Assembly (NCBI RefSeq): GCF_018350175.1
Contig: NC_058368.1
Span: 62,312,001 to 62,376,000, forward strand
DNA from: Felis catus
Taxonomy: Eukaryota
Length of the DNA: 64,000 nt
Reading direction: 5' to 3'
Part shown: in pieces, positions 52,695 through 64,000 of the stretch
Layout: each line of letters starts with the position of its first letter
Numbering within the stretch: position 1 is the stretch's first letter
Position numbers and translations under genes: made by a program
The notes under the pieces: model-generated
What the model was told of the DNA's origin: nothing
What the model saw: only the letters and a program-made list of their open reading frames with translations
The model's database searches: none

Positions 52695-53611
52695 AAATAT
52701 GGGGAAATTATTAACTTTGTGATAATTCTGATATCAAATTTCCTGCTTATTTCATTCACTAAGTTGAGGATCAAGCCATGGGAGGAAGTAAACCATTTTT
52801 CTCTTCTTCGACTTAAATGTCCATCTTTGTTACCTGATTGGTTTGCTTGCCAGAATTAATTGACAAGGATGGCACTGGAAACATTATGCAAATTCCATCT
52901 GGTGACATTTTGTAAGGCAAATTGATAGCTGTAATATTGCTTAAGTGTGCAATTCCCCAAATAGAAATATGCCATAATTTATTCAGATTTCAGAAGTACA
53001 GTAATATTGTACCAAGTATTTTTACATGGAGAAGATTCCACATAAAACCTTTGATTTGCTTCTAAAAGCAGCATTTTTTTATGGTGGTCCAAAGGCAGTT
53101 TTGACCAAAATATTATACTTGAGGTCATAGCATTTGCACATTCATTCTGTAGTGTCCTGAAAACCCTACCTACGTTTATACAAACAAAGAGAACCCCAAT
53201 TTTCCAATTATGTGAAAGGCACATTCATTCTGCTAAGCATGTTTGCTAGAATATAGTTATGAAAATTAGTGGCAATAGCCATAATGTCTGATTAATAATC
53301 TTTCCATGTATAACTGTGGTGATCTCATTTAAAAGTCCAATTCTCCCAAGTGGTTTTGTATAAATTTGAAAGGTATGCTTTATTGTGTTCTAGAACATTG
53401 TGTAGAGATAACATTTTAAACCATAATTATAAGATTAAGTACATCAAGTTAAAGTTTTATAATTTTCTTCTAATTGTATATAGGTGTTTTTTTTTCCTTA
53501 TATTTACTCTGAATATTTCCCTCTGCACCTTTTCTCTTTGAAGGACCTATGGTGGACTAGGCAAAATTTGAGCAGGATATTAATTTCCTTTCTATTTTTT
53601 TTCTATTTCTA

Positions 53612-53827
53612 ATTTTTTTTAATGTTCATTCATTTTTGAGAGACAGAGAGAGAGAGAAAGCGTGAAAAGGGGAGGGGCAGAGAGAGATGGAGACATGGAA
53701 TCCAAAGCAGGCTCCAGGCTCTGAGCTGTCAGCACAGAGACCTATGTGGGCTTTGAACCCATGAACCATGAGATTATGACCTGAGCTGAAGTCGGATGAT
53801 TAACCGAATGAGCTACCCAGGTGCTCC
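53612..53827 (-). mobile_element. Can-SINE (SINEC)
   Basis: Antisense SINE body and T-rich tail. Confidence 0.96.
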
Positions 53828-54411
53828 TATTGTCTAGTATAATCTCTGTAGTGGTTGCATAATAAATATTAGGTGAATTAACTATAAATGAAGGAGTTAA
53901 ATATTTTTCCATATATAACATGATGTAGGTAGTGATCTATCTGTTTGAGGGACTTAGTAAATTTTACTGGGTAAGGATGACATTTGGGTGGAATATCTGT
54001 CACTGAATTTGTCACCTTACCATCATGGGATCATACCTATGTCCATGAGACAGAATGCTGAAATGAAAATATAAATAAAGGCTAAAAGAACTTTTGACCA
54101 AATTTTAACAGTTTTTCAGTACTTACATAACAATTTCTTCAATTGGGATGAGGAAAGGTATTCAAGGCTTATTTCACAATCAGTTAACAGCAGTTCACAG
54201 TTATAGGTGCTCTCAGGACAGATAGCCCCTCTGGGCTACAAATGCACGAGGTTTATGATGGCAAATTTCAAAGAATGAGTGAGAAGATCAAATCATGTCA
54301 GAAACAATGTTCAGGAAACTGACACAACTACGTAGAGAGAAATTAGAGAAAGCTGAGAATTCTCTAAGAGAGAGTTGGTGAGCATTGAGAGAGCTGCCGC
54401 TCCCATTTTTT

Positions 54412-54415
<4 letters not shown>

Positions 54416-54444
<29 letters not shown>
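54416..54444. repeat. (CT)n microsatellite
   Basis: Seen directly. Confidence 0.95.
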
Positions 54445-54450
<6 letters not shown>

Positions 54451-55352
54451 TAATGTAACCCATTTCCCTCATATTTGAGGGAAAAAATAAGATGTAGAAT
54501 GCATGAGCAATTTTCATTGTTAGAGTGGAAACATCTACCACATAGATATTAGAAGAGTTAATATTTTATGTTACCTACTTTGGAATAAGGAATGCCAAGC
54601 AATAAAATTTGACACTCAATCAAAAATCAAAATTATGAAAAATACTTTTAGCTCTTAGGATTCTTCAAAAATGTAATTTAAAAAAGGACAGCATATGTCT
54701 AAACATCTGTGTTCTTTATACAATAAAATATCACTTTATGTAAGTTGTTTTGAGAACTCTCTAGTTATTTGGTCAATCGACTATTTAGTAATTCTCTGGG
54801 GTTACACAGTGAAAGGATTCTTCATTGTTCATATGAATTTCTACATTTTAGATTCGTGAAATGTCTTGGCATCAACTACGATCAACATTTATTTCCAGAC
54901 TGAAATGTCTATAAAAACCACTTTGGGAATTATGTTTTGTTTATTTTTAGTTTAGATGCTCATATGTTTCATAAAGTATTTTACTTCAGTTGGAAAATAT
55001 AAAAATAAATTACAAGTAAATATTCAAGTAATTTTACAAATGAATTTAGAAATTTTGACTGTGTTTCAGAAGCACAGGATCAGTAATAACATTCTTTAAG
55101 TTTGATGCTATTTCATTTATATAGTGTCCCACATAAGGAGTCTCAGAAGAAGTGTAACAAATTTCAAAAACTCTATGTTATAGACCTAGTAAATGACAGA
55201 TCCTTGACTCAAACTTAACTTGTGACTCTCTAGCATCCATCATGTTTCTCAGTTTTTTTTAAATCTGCTTTTGCTATTTTATTACCTATTTATATAATAT
55301 AAGGGAAATCATTTAAAATTATAGTTTCTGCATATATGAAAAAGGAAAAGTT

Positions 55353-55466
55353 GGGGTGCCTGCATGGCTCAGTTGGTTGAGCATCATCCGACTCTTGATT
55401 TCTTTTCAGGTCATGGGATCAAGCCCCCCTGTCTGGCCCCACGCTGAGCATAGAGCCTGCTTAAAT

Positions 55467-55505
<39 letters not shown>

Positions 55506-55516
55506 AAAAAAAAAAA
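55353..55516 (+). mobile_element. Can-SINE, older short subfamily
   Basis: ggggtgcctgcatggctcagttggttgagc...(CT)n, poly(A); TSD aaaaaggaaaagtt. Confidence 0.95.
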
Positions 55517-56573
55517 AAAAAGGAAAAGTTTTGTTTGATGATCTGTAGAGTTCTCTCAAAGTCTGAAGTATATTAAGATGACACTGATTCATTTGTATTT
55601 CTTTGTTTATGGGCCTGAACAAAGCCATATTAAAATCAATCGTTTGTTAAATAAATAATAACAATATGTTATGTTAATTTATGAGGCAAAAAGTCCTAAC
55701 AAGATCTAAAGGGACTTAGAAGCACAATGCAAAAAAAAAATTGTGCTAAGAATTATAATTATGTTACTAGCATTGACAATAAGTGATCAGCCAAAGGGAA
55801 AAGAAAAAAAAAAAAAAGGAAAAAAGAAAAAAAGTCCTGTATTTTGTTGAAAAGCATCTTAACGAGGGTTACTTATTGGGTTTTCTACACTTAGAGTTAT
55901 TTTTTAATATCTATGTCTTAAACATTTTCCTAAAGGTAATATTTATAGACTAGTTTTTATTTTCAAGGTGTTCTCACATATTTGATCTCGTTTCATTCTA
56001 TTAGAACACTCTGAATTAACTTGAACAAAGGTTTAACTTTATTTTGTAGGTGCTGAATTTGATATGCTGAAGAAGAATGTGTGCAAAATATTCATGGCTG
56101 GTTAGTGAAAGATGGTTAGGTAAAAAGCATGTCTTATAGCTACTAGAAACTGTTCTCACACACAAAAAATGCACAATGATTTTTCCTTGAATGATGGCTC
56201 GATATTTGATGATTATGACTAACAATGTACTTTTACAAATCAAATCAGATAATAGTTAGCTTTGTGAACAAACCTGAAAATCATTTCCCAAATGGAACAT
56301 TTACTTCTATTGTTAATATGCAATGCTTTTATAGTAACTGTATTTTAAGTCCTATTTTTATGAATGCTATACTACTACATTTAAGAGTATAGAATTCTTA
56401 TAGCTATCCCTAAGGAATGTAACCATTGTATAGTACAAAAGTTGTACTGGTATTTTAAAGACTTAAACTTTAAACAACAAAGTCTTGATTTAACAAATTG
56501 AATCCTCAACTGGCTCTATGATACCTGAAAAATATCATTATTGGTGTTTGCAGACTAGATCCCTGGACACTGT

Positions 56574-57162
56574 TAATGAACAATGATACATTGTACATAA
56601 GCTTCGGAGAAAGGATGTCTGTGTTTAAGAGATGATTAACAAATTCAGAGAGTAGCCTGAATTTAGGAAATATCTGGCTCCATATGATCCACTACTATTT
56701 TTCCCTCAGTACAATCATTTTACACCATTTCTGTGAACCATTTAGCTGGAGCTTTTTCCTCTCTCCTATCAGCGAAAATCTTATCAAATGAAATGAGTAA
56801 GTGGCTGGATAAAGATGCCTGGGGTTTCTCATTTAAGGTCAGTGGCAGGGCTGAGTATTGTTACATTGCCATGTTGTGCTAGGCAAGGGTTTATTTATAA
56901 TCTAGAGCACATACATCCACAAACAGCTTAAATCCCTGCTCTGTTCCCAATAAACATTTAACATATTCTGCTCCATTTACAATAGGACTATAATCAGGGC
57001 TGTAGATGCTGGATCACAGCGCTGCACAGTTAGGGGAATACAGAGATATTGACTCTATGATAGGTGAAAAACATAATTCCAGGTGTTTCCAGAAGACTGG
57101 ACCTCGCCACTTCTAATGAAGCAATGATACATTGTACATAAGCTTTGGAGAAAGGATGTCTG
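56574..57162. repeat. Dispersed ~48-bp direct repeat pair (56574-56621 and 57114-57162)
   Basis: taatgaa(g)caatgatacattgtacataagctt(c/t)ggagaaaggatgtctg; one indel and one substitution. Confidence 0.95.
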
Positions 57163-58574
57163 CACTCAAATGTTGGTGCAGCCACTGACTATTTCAGTTT
57201 AGGCATGCCAATAAGCCGAGTGTCATTTTTCTCACATTCAAAAAGAACGATTCCAACAAGATTATTTCTGAAATCCACTGAAATTGTAAAATTCAGTGAC
57301 TTCTTGTATCTTAAAATTTAGTATTATAAAATAAGTCACTTGTTTCTAATTATCCTTTCTTTCAATGTTCAGTGTACGTCAGTAAATGTTGTAAAACACT
57401 ATATAATGAAATTAAAAATATAATTTAATCTTCTTTGCTCTAGTTTAAATCAGGAATTACAGCCAATCTTTTCTTCTCCAGCTGTTTTTGGAAGCAATAA
57501 GCCTGAAAATACCACTCTTGTGGTTATCGACGATCACGTATGCATAAAAATTTCTGGTATTTATATATATACGCACAAGCAAAATTTAGTAAGCAGATAA
57601 CCAGGGTTATTATCTTTTAAATTATAAAAAACATTTGTCACATCCCACATCATAGGGATTTTTAATATGAATGCCTGTATTTGCACTTAGATGGCCTGGC
57701 CAAAGAAAGTGCCAGGCTCTGCCATTACGGATATAACGAATGTCTACAATATTCTTAAGATTTGTGATGTTGTAAGCGTAAGTGTAAGTTTTGATTAAAT
57801 GTATGGAAGGTCAACAATGCATATTTAAAAATAGGTAACAATCCATACATTTAGCATTGACTCATATATTGCAACTTGATGGTTTGATTCATTTTTGTCC
57901 ATTGTTTTAAGAGTTTAATAATCAAAATATATCACCAAAATTTTTTTTCTTTATATAAAATTCAATTAGGTGGAACTAAAATGAGAATAAGGCTTCAAGA
58001 CAATATATCTTTTTCCATTGCTCTACGATGTTTCAAATCAATTCATGACCAAAGCAAATACTAGCAAATTTGAATTACATCTACAACTCTCTTATTAACC
58101 TTCTAAATGACCTATAATTTCAGTTCAATTATGTAATAATTGTGTGTAATAAAAACTTGAATATGGAAAATAGAAAATAAGTCCTATTACTTAAATAACT
58201 TCATAATGTTAGAATATGAATATACATATAATATACATATTGAATACATGATAACTGTATACATAATTATATACACACACACTAAGTTATTATTTATTCA
58301 TCTTTCAGAGACTCCCCCACCCCCAAATGAATTTTGGATTGTATGCAGATTTTTACACAATGCTAATTTAACACTAGTTCATTTGGGTGTGATTTTCCCT
58401 CCAAAATGCTTCTAAAAACTCATTTCCAGCATTAAGACAGTAAGTAAGAAATTTGTAATCATGAGTATCAAGCAGTTGGTGATGTCAGAAACTGAATTCA
58501 AAGGCCTGTTAAGGCCGTGCAGTAATGTTTATCAATCAAAAAGTCAGATATCAGAAAATAAGGATAGGTGAGTT

Positions 58575-59050
58575 CTGTGATAAAAGTTTTGTGTCTGCTC
58601 TTCTTAATGCCTTTTCCTCCCTCCCCCGCCCCAGCCCCAAACTGCACTGTACTTGAGCTGGCCAGCATACGACTCTTTTTGCCTAAGGGCTTTCTTTTGT
58701 TACATTGAGATGCACAGATGTGCTAAGATTAAGGTTCCCTAGGCAAGCCCTCAACCAATAAATGAAGGAAATTTGTGCACCAGTATTCTGGCTCCCTTTT
58801 CACATGGAAGGAATAGCTCTGAGGTGCTTGTTGCAGACTTGCTCTCAGAATTCACCAGCAAGATTAAGCTCCAATTACCCACAGCAGAGGCTTGCTTGCT
58901 AATGCACCCTATGTTGGATTTTGGCTCTTATCCCTTCTGTCTCACTTCCACTTTCCTTGCCAGGGTTTCTTGGATCACCACTCAAATAAACTACTTGTAT
59001 TCAAATATTTGCCTCAGGATATGCTTCCAGGGGAACTGAAAACTAAAATA
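58575..59050 (+). mobile_element. ERVL LTR16-like solo LTR
   Basis: gcaagccctcaaccaat...gattaagctccaattacccacagc...ctgtctcacttcc...ggatcaccactcaaataaactacttgtattcaaat...ctcaggatatgcttccaggggaac. Confidence 0.85.
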
Positions 59051-60961
59051 TCTGTCTAAATGTGTTTGAATTGCAATAAACAAAAACCTGTAAAAGGCAA
59101 AATAAAACACACACATCTCCTAATCATTCTAAGTCTTTACTGGAAACTTTCAATCAGGACCTACTCACAGGGTTCAGTCAGCAGGCTTATTTCCATTTTT
59201 AACTGTGGTCACAGAAGAGGTTGAAGCATATCGGCCCAGTATGATTCAAATTGGAGTCATTTTTATGCTAGTATATCCCCAAGCCTACTGGGTTTTTTTT
59301 ATGCTTTTATGAGTGAATGCCTAGGAATGAGGCAATTCATGAAATTGTTATGAATTTTAGTTTATAAACCCTAAGAACAAGATACCTTTCTTCTGTATAT
59401 TTTTGATAAATCAAATCAATCTTGACTTTAAGCATTTATTCCAACAGGAGAATGGGACATTTAATCTGCACCATTATCATTAGTCTCCCTTAGCATGAGG
59501 GCAGAACTCGGTTTCTTAAAGCCAAAATGCATCATGGTCCCCTCCAGTTGTCAATTTAATAGGCAGTGATGATATCTCCTTTATTCCAGTAACTGTGTCC
59601 TCTTCAAGTCAACTGCTGTTCATGTTTGGGTTACCACACTGTTTAGCAATGCTCAGATTTCTAGAACCTTCCCACATACCACAAAGATACTAAGAGGTCC
59701 TGCCAGAGAACAGGTGAAAATCATGGAGGAGTCCTAAAGAGTTTTGGGGTATTTCTGGGAAATTTCCTTTTGGGGTGAGGGAATTTCAAACTGTCTCAGA
59801 CTCTTTTTCCTCTTCTTTTGTTTCCTTCTCCTCTTCTTCATCTTCATTCTCCACCTAACCTCCTTTGCCTCCCATCTCCATTACCATTGCTTCCATCACC
59901 ATATTCCCTCTCATTTCAGCCTTCTTCTCAAAAAAAAAAAGTTTATAATGAATTACAAGGCAGATAAGAAAGTACCCTGAAGTACATTTTTGCATTCCGT
60001 GTGGGCACAAACTTGCCCAAAGGTTGAGAAACATATACCTTGCCAGTAGGTTTATCAACAAGTAAAAAGAATATCAAAGAAAAAATATCTTAATTCATAC
60101 TTCAGCATTTTTCTTCACTATAAAGTTAAATGGAACCCAATCTACATTATAAATTAATGTTTGAATTTAATACTGTGTATCCAAAGTGGGGTAATTATGA
60201 TCATAGATTAGCATGTTGTACTTAATAAGAAGAATTTGCTATTTCTCTTTAGTTTTTATCTTGTCATTTTTTTTGTTTTCTTGACAATCTATATGATAAT
60301 ATACATTATATGTTGGAATGGTATTCTGAGAAAATGGGATCAGTTTGTTTTCTTACTACTAGGAAATACTAAAAAGTAAAGTTAATCTTCAGGAGCCTAA
60401 AAAAATATTTTTTTCTACCATGTTTTATCCCAGGTCTTAAGAGTACTGAACACAAGACTACAAATTGAACTTTACTACTTACAGATGGATATATAGATAA
60501 TTTCCTGTAAATAGATCTTCAAATATGTACCCTGGACTGCTACCAAGATATCTTGGTTACTCTACAGTGGTGAGCAATTACAAACAGACCCTAATTGTCA
60601 TGGTGATGCTTTTGTTCATAATAGTATTTTTGGCTTTTTTAATTCATGTTTTTGTTAATATTTTGCTGAGTGAATCCATGGGTTATTTTCAAAAATCCAT
60701 TTCCTGATGCACTGCATGTCTAAAAATGTATTTTCCCCCACACACTAATTATTTACTCAGGCCAAGTATAGAATTCTAGGTTCAAAATCCTTTTACCTCA
60801 TCACTTTGCTAAGGCTAGTTTGAGTTTCTTTACTTTCATTCTTAAGCTCTGAATTTTTTTTAGAATGTTACTGCTATCCTTAATGAGTGGAATTTTTATT
60901 TTTTCATTATTTCATTTTTTATTTTTTTTACTTCTATTTTTATCCTTAATAAAAGCATATG

Positions 60962-61425
60962 ATTTAGTTTGGTTTACCCTAAATGTAGAACCTAACACAG
61001 GGACCGAGATAGAGCTAGTTTATTCATTAGATAATACTGGGAAGCAAGAGTAAGGAAGCAGAGAGCATGATACAGAAAGGGGGAAAGGCAGTGTAGGGTA
61101 TATTACCGAAAATGCTGATATAGCCAGTGGGTAGTCAATTCCATCAGGACCTCTGAGAGACACACAGGCGCATCTTATGACTTTTTGTCTAAAGGCCAGG
61201 AGGTTGGAATATCTGCCCATGGCTTCCACCTTCTACCAATCTCCAAGTGTTTTAATTCCCTCGAATTTCCAAGATTCTCTTATATGGAGCACAAGAGCTC
61301 CTAGAACTTCCAGAAATACTGAGACAGGAAAAGAGAAGAGATGTGCATTCGTCAGGTAAAACTTGGTCAGCATACCAAGCACCACAACTGAAATCCTAGG
61401 TGAGGGTTTGACAAAGAGAACAAAA
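60962..61425 (-). mobile_element. ERVL LTR16-like solo LTR
   Basis: Antisense LTR16-like end (ttagtttggtttaccctaaatgtagaaccta...ctagtttatt...gggaagcaagagtaagg). Confidence 0.7.
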
Positions 61426-61837
61426 AATTGTATAGTTAAGTATATGGTTGAAAAAGTAACATGAAACTGTTACTGAGATCTAATTGATCTCATCTCTCTC
61501 TCTCATATCTCAGGGGTTGCTGGGCTCAGAAAAACAGCACTAACAAATTCCCAGTTGCTGAGGGCAATGCTTATCTGTCATCTTAGACCCATTCCCTTCT
61601 TTACTTTACCTACACTTTCAATCTACTACTCTTGTATGCACCTTAGCAACGCCTAGAAAAAGTACTGTGTTTCTTGACTTTTATCTCCCCACTCTCCTAG
61701 GTGACCAGTTGTATCATCTTAGACTTTTGCACTTCAAAAATCACATCCTTTAGGTCATTGTTGGTCTCACTTCCTTTCATCACCAAGAAAGAAAACTTAT
61801 CAAAAGAGTTTCCATAAGTTCACACCATCATCTCTAC

Positions 61838-62463
61838 TATTAAAAGATAAATTGGGGCGCCTGGGTGGCGCAGTCGGTTAAGCGTCCGACTTTAGCCAGG
61901 TCACGATCTCGCGGTCCGTGGGTTCGAGCCCCGCGTCGGGCTCTGGGCTGATGGCTCAGAGCCTGGAGCCTGTTTCCGATTCTGTGTCTCCCTCTCTCTC
62001 TGCCCCTCCCCCGTTCATGCTCTGTCTCTCTCTGTCCCAAAAATAAATAAAAAACGTTGAAAAAAAATTAAAAAAAATAAAAATAAAAGATAAACTGATA
62101 CAAATTGAAAATTTTTAAAGTTTGAGCAAAATTGATTCAAATCAGGCAGCATCTAATCTAGCAGATAGAAAGGAGCTCCAAGGAGCTGTACAGAATGAAA
62201 GAGTTTTATAGGCCAAGGGAGTAGGACAAGGAAGTTGCACTAGGCAATAAAGGAGGTTGGCTATTGCAAGGACACTTTCCCTTGGGAAATGGAAGGGGTC
62301 TATCAGGTGGATTGCCTAATTAGTGTTGATCAGGTGATTCTTGACTGACTGGTTTAAGATTCCATTCCTGGGAGAGTAGAAACTGTAATTATGCTAAGTC
62401 ATAGTTTGGTGACATGGGTCTTAATATAGGCGATTCCTTTCGAAGCCTGTTGTGTTTTTAATA
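61838..62463 (-). mobile_element. ERV1-class solo LTR carrying a young SINE
   Basis: Antisense LTR features (ttttatag = tataaaa on the minus strand at ~62204; tcaggcagcatctaatctagcagatagaaaggagctcc). Confidence 0.65.
61854..62083 (+). mobile_element. Young felid Can-SINE (SINEC_Fc-like)
   Basis: CpGs almost all intact; TSD taaaagataaatt / taaaagataaact. Confidence 0.98.
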
Positions 62464-62572
62464 TGACACACTTTTATTATTTGTGGTCATAGATTCGTCT
62501 CCTTTCCTTCTATGAGGATGAACCACCTCAGCTCCTAGCTAAGGTCAAGCTCTCTACTTGGTTGCTATATGC

Positions 62573-63260
62573 TGTTGGGGAAATACAATTACAAACAAAA
62601 TTTCCTGCCAACCCAGGAAACCTCTTCAAAGAAGAAGAGAAAGAAAATGGTTTTATTATTGAAAAAGCATTAAACCAGAATGTGATGTATATCAAAGGTA
62701 GTCTGCTAAAGACAGAAAGAAATTATCCATTTACATAAGTCAAACAGATACAATCCATTAGATACATCTTCATGACAAACTATTCTTAACTAGGAGGAAT
62801 TGACGGCACCATTGGTTACACATAGTTCATCCTAAATTCACCTGGTAATTATGACCATCTGTGTTAGCTAATTGGCTTTATCCAAAGGAAAAATAAACTT
62901 CTATCTTTATGAGAGAAAGTGGTTTTGCAACTTGGAGTGAGGCACCTACTGAAGTGAAGCCTATCTTCTCTCAGAAACTGGGAAATAAGGGCTTTATATT
63001 CCTTGATGGTTCTATCTCAAAGGGAAGCTTTCCAGGCCCCTGAGAAAAACATTCTTGACTGTGAGACCAGCAAGAGTTTCTTAAGCTTTTAAATGATTTA
63101 CATACATGTATCAAAGGGGCAGAGAAAGAATTTACAATTACCTAAGGAAAATGCTACCTAAAGAAAACGTTCCAAGGAAAAGAAGGAAGTGGGGAATTTC
63201 CTTCCCTTTTTGCATGGGAAAAAACATTACTTTCACTTTGAATTTGTTTTTACCCTTACA
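62573..63260 (-). mobile_element. ERV1-class solo LTR (~690 bp)
   Basis: TG...CA termini (tgttgggg...cccttaca), antisense poly(A) signal tttatt at ~62652, flanks atgc/attc; inserted into an L2. Confidence 0.75.
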
Positions 63261-63667
63261 ATTCCATTCCTTCCTTTCTCAGTATCATCAGATTTTTCTA
63301 TTCTCTGGACTGTTCCCATAAACATAAAATATGCTATGATTTCTCTAAACCAAAGAATTTAAAAAATTAAAAAAAAAAATCCTATGTGCTTTTGACGCCA
63401 CTTCCTATCAATGTATAGTCCTATCCTTTTCTTGACACAAGATTTCTTGAAAGAAATTTCTGTATAATCTGTGTCCAATTTCTCTTTCCAGGCTCTTTTG
63501 AACACACTCCACTTACAACAATATCCATAGTGCTGTTTATTCATCTTTCTTTACTTATCAACAGCATTTAACACATTGACTAAATGTGCATGTATATTTA
63601 TCTGTATATATGTATATATACATGCATAAAATCATACATATATAATCATACTTCACATATAAATGTA

Positions 63668-63709
<42 letters not shown>

Positions 63710-64000
63710 CATATTTCTCTTGCCATTTTAATTTCTCTTCTCATTGGAACTCATTTCTTCATTTGGTTCCTAGTTTGCCATACTAATTTTCCTTCTTTCT
63801 CTAGTGAATATTCCTCAGTAAGCTTTGCTGGATTCCCCTCTTCAAAATCCCAACGTCATAACACTAGAGTCTTTCTGTCCTTGAACTTAGCCTCTATCTA
63901 TATTTACTCCTTTGGTAATTTTATGTGTCCCTGGCTTAAATACTACACTCAAACATATACTAATTATGTATAAATTTCTACTTCTAGCCTAGATCTCTCC
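63261..64000 (+). mobile_element. L2 relic with an embedded (TA)n-rich block (63584-63710)
   Basis: atcaacagcatttaacacattgac, ctcagtaagctttgctggattcccctc, cttaaatactacac...ttctagcctagatctctcc. Confidence 0.7.

Noticed and set aside
16040..52893. Scattered ATGCAAAT octamer motifs as evidence of enhancers
   Set aside because: A handful of hits is about what AT-rich composition predicts over this length.
54294..54385. Short coiled-coil-like peptide MSETMFRKLTQLRREKLEKAENSLRES with a possible TTG|gtgagc donor
   Set aside because: An in-frame stop lies just upstream, there is no acceptor or promoter context, and AG-rich DNA readily gives E/K/R-rich peptides.
1571..56566. 13-bp match actagatccctgg at 1571 and 56554
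   Set aside because: A 13-mer match is expected by chance in 64 kb.
1..64000. All ORFs in the supplied track as host protein-coding genes
   Set aside because: All are short (151 aa or less) and lie in SINEs, L1s, LTRs or microsatellites, or show no recognisable homology. No consistent exon chain can be built.
1..64000. CRISPR arrays, operons, defence systems or other prokaryote-type systems
   Set aside because: The sequence is mammalian. The only recurring units are dispersed SINEs and simple repeats, with no regularly spaced repeat-spacer array.
1..64000. Inferring a host-gene strand from repeat orientation
   Set aside because: Large L1 blocks are mostly minus, but LTRs and SINEs occur in both orientations, so the signal is inconclusive.

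Overview
AT-rich, repeat-dense mammalian DNA from a carnivore, very probably a felid: two CpG-rich Can-SINEs match the young felid SINEC_Fc type. I count 22 tRNA-derived Can-SINEs (most with visible target-site duplications, TSDs), several large degraded and nested L1 blocks (mostly minus strand), L2/L3/MIR relics, MaLR/ERVL/ERV1 solo LTRs, two DNA-transposon relics and many microsatellites. No protein-coding gene, RNA gene or CpG island can be supported. The supplied ORFs are repeat-derived or chance, so the window reads as intergenic or deep intronic. I found no demonstrable new biological system. The best leads are a candidate 12-nt microexon on the minus strand (2929-2940), three weak plus-strand exon candidates, several non-TE short duplications, and a palindromic repair-like scar inside an L1. 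Subfamily names come from memory of consensus sequences, and boundaries of old repeats are approximate.
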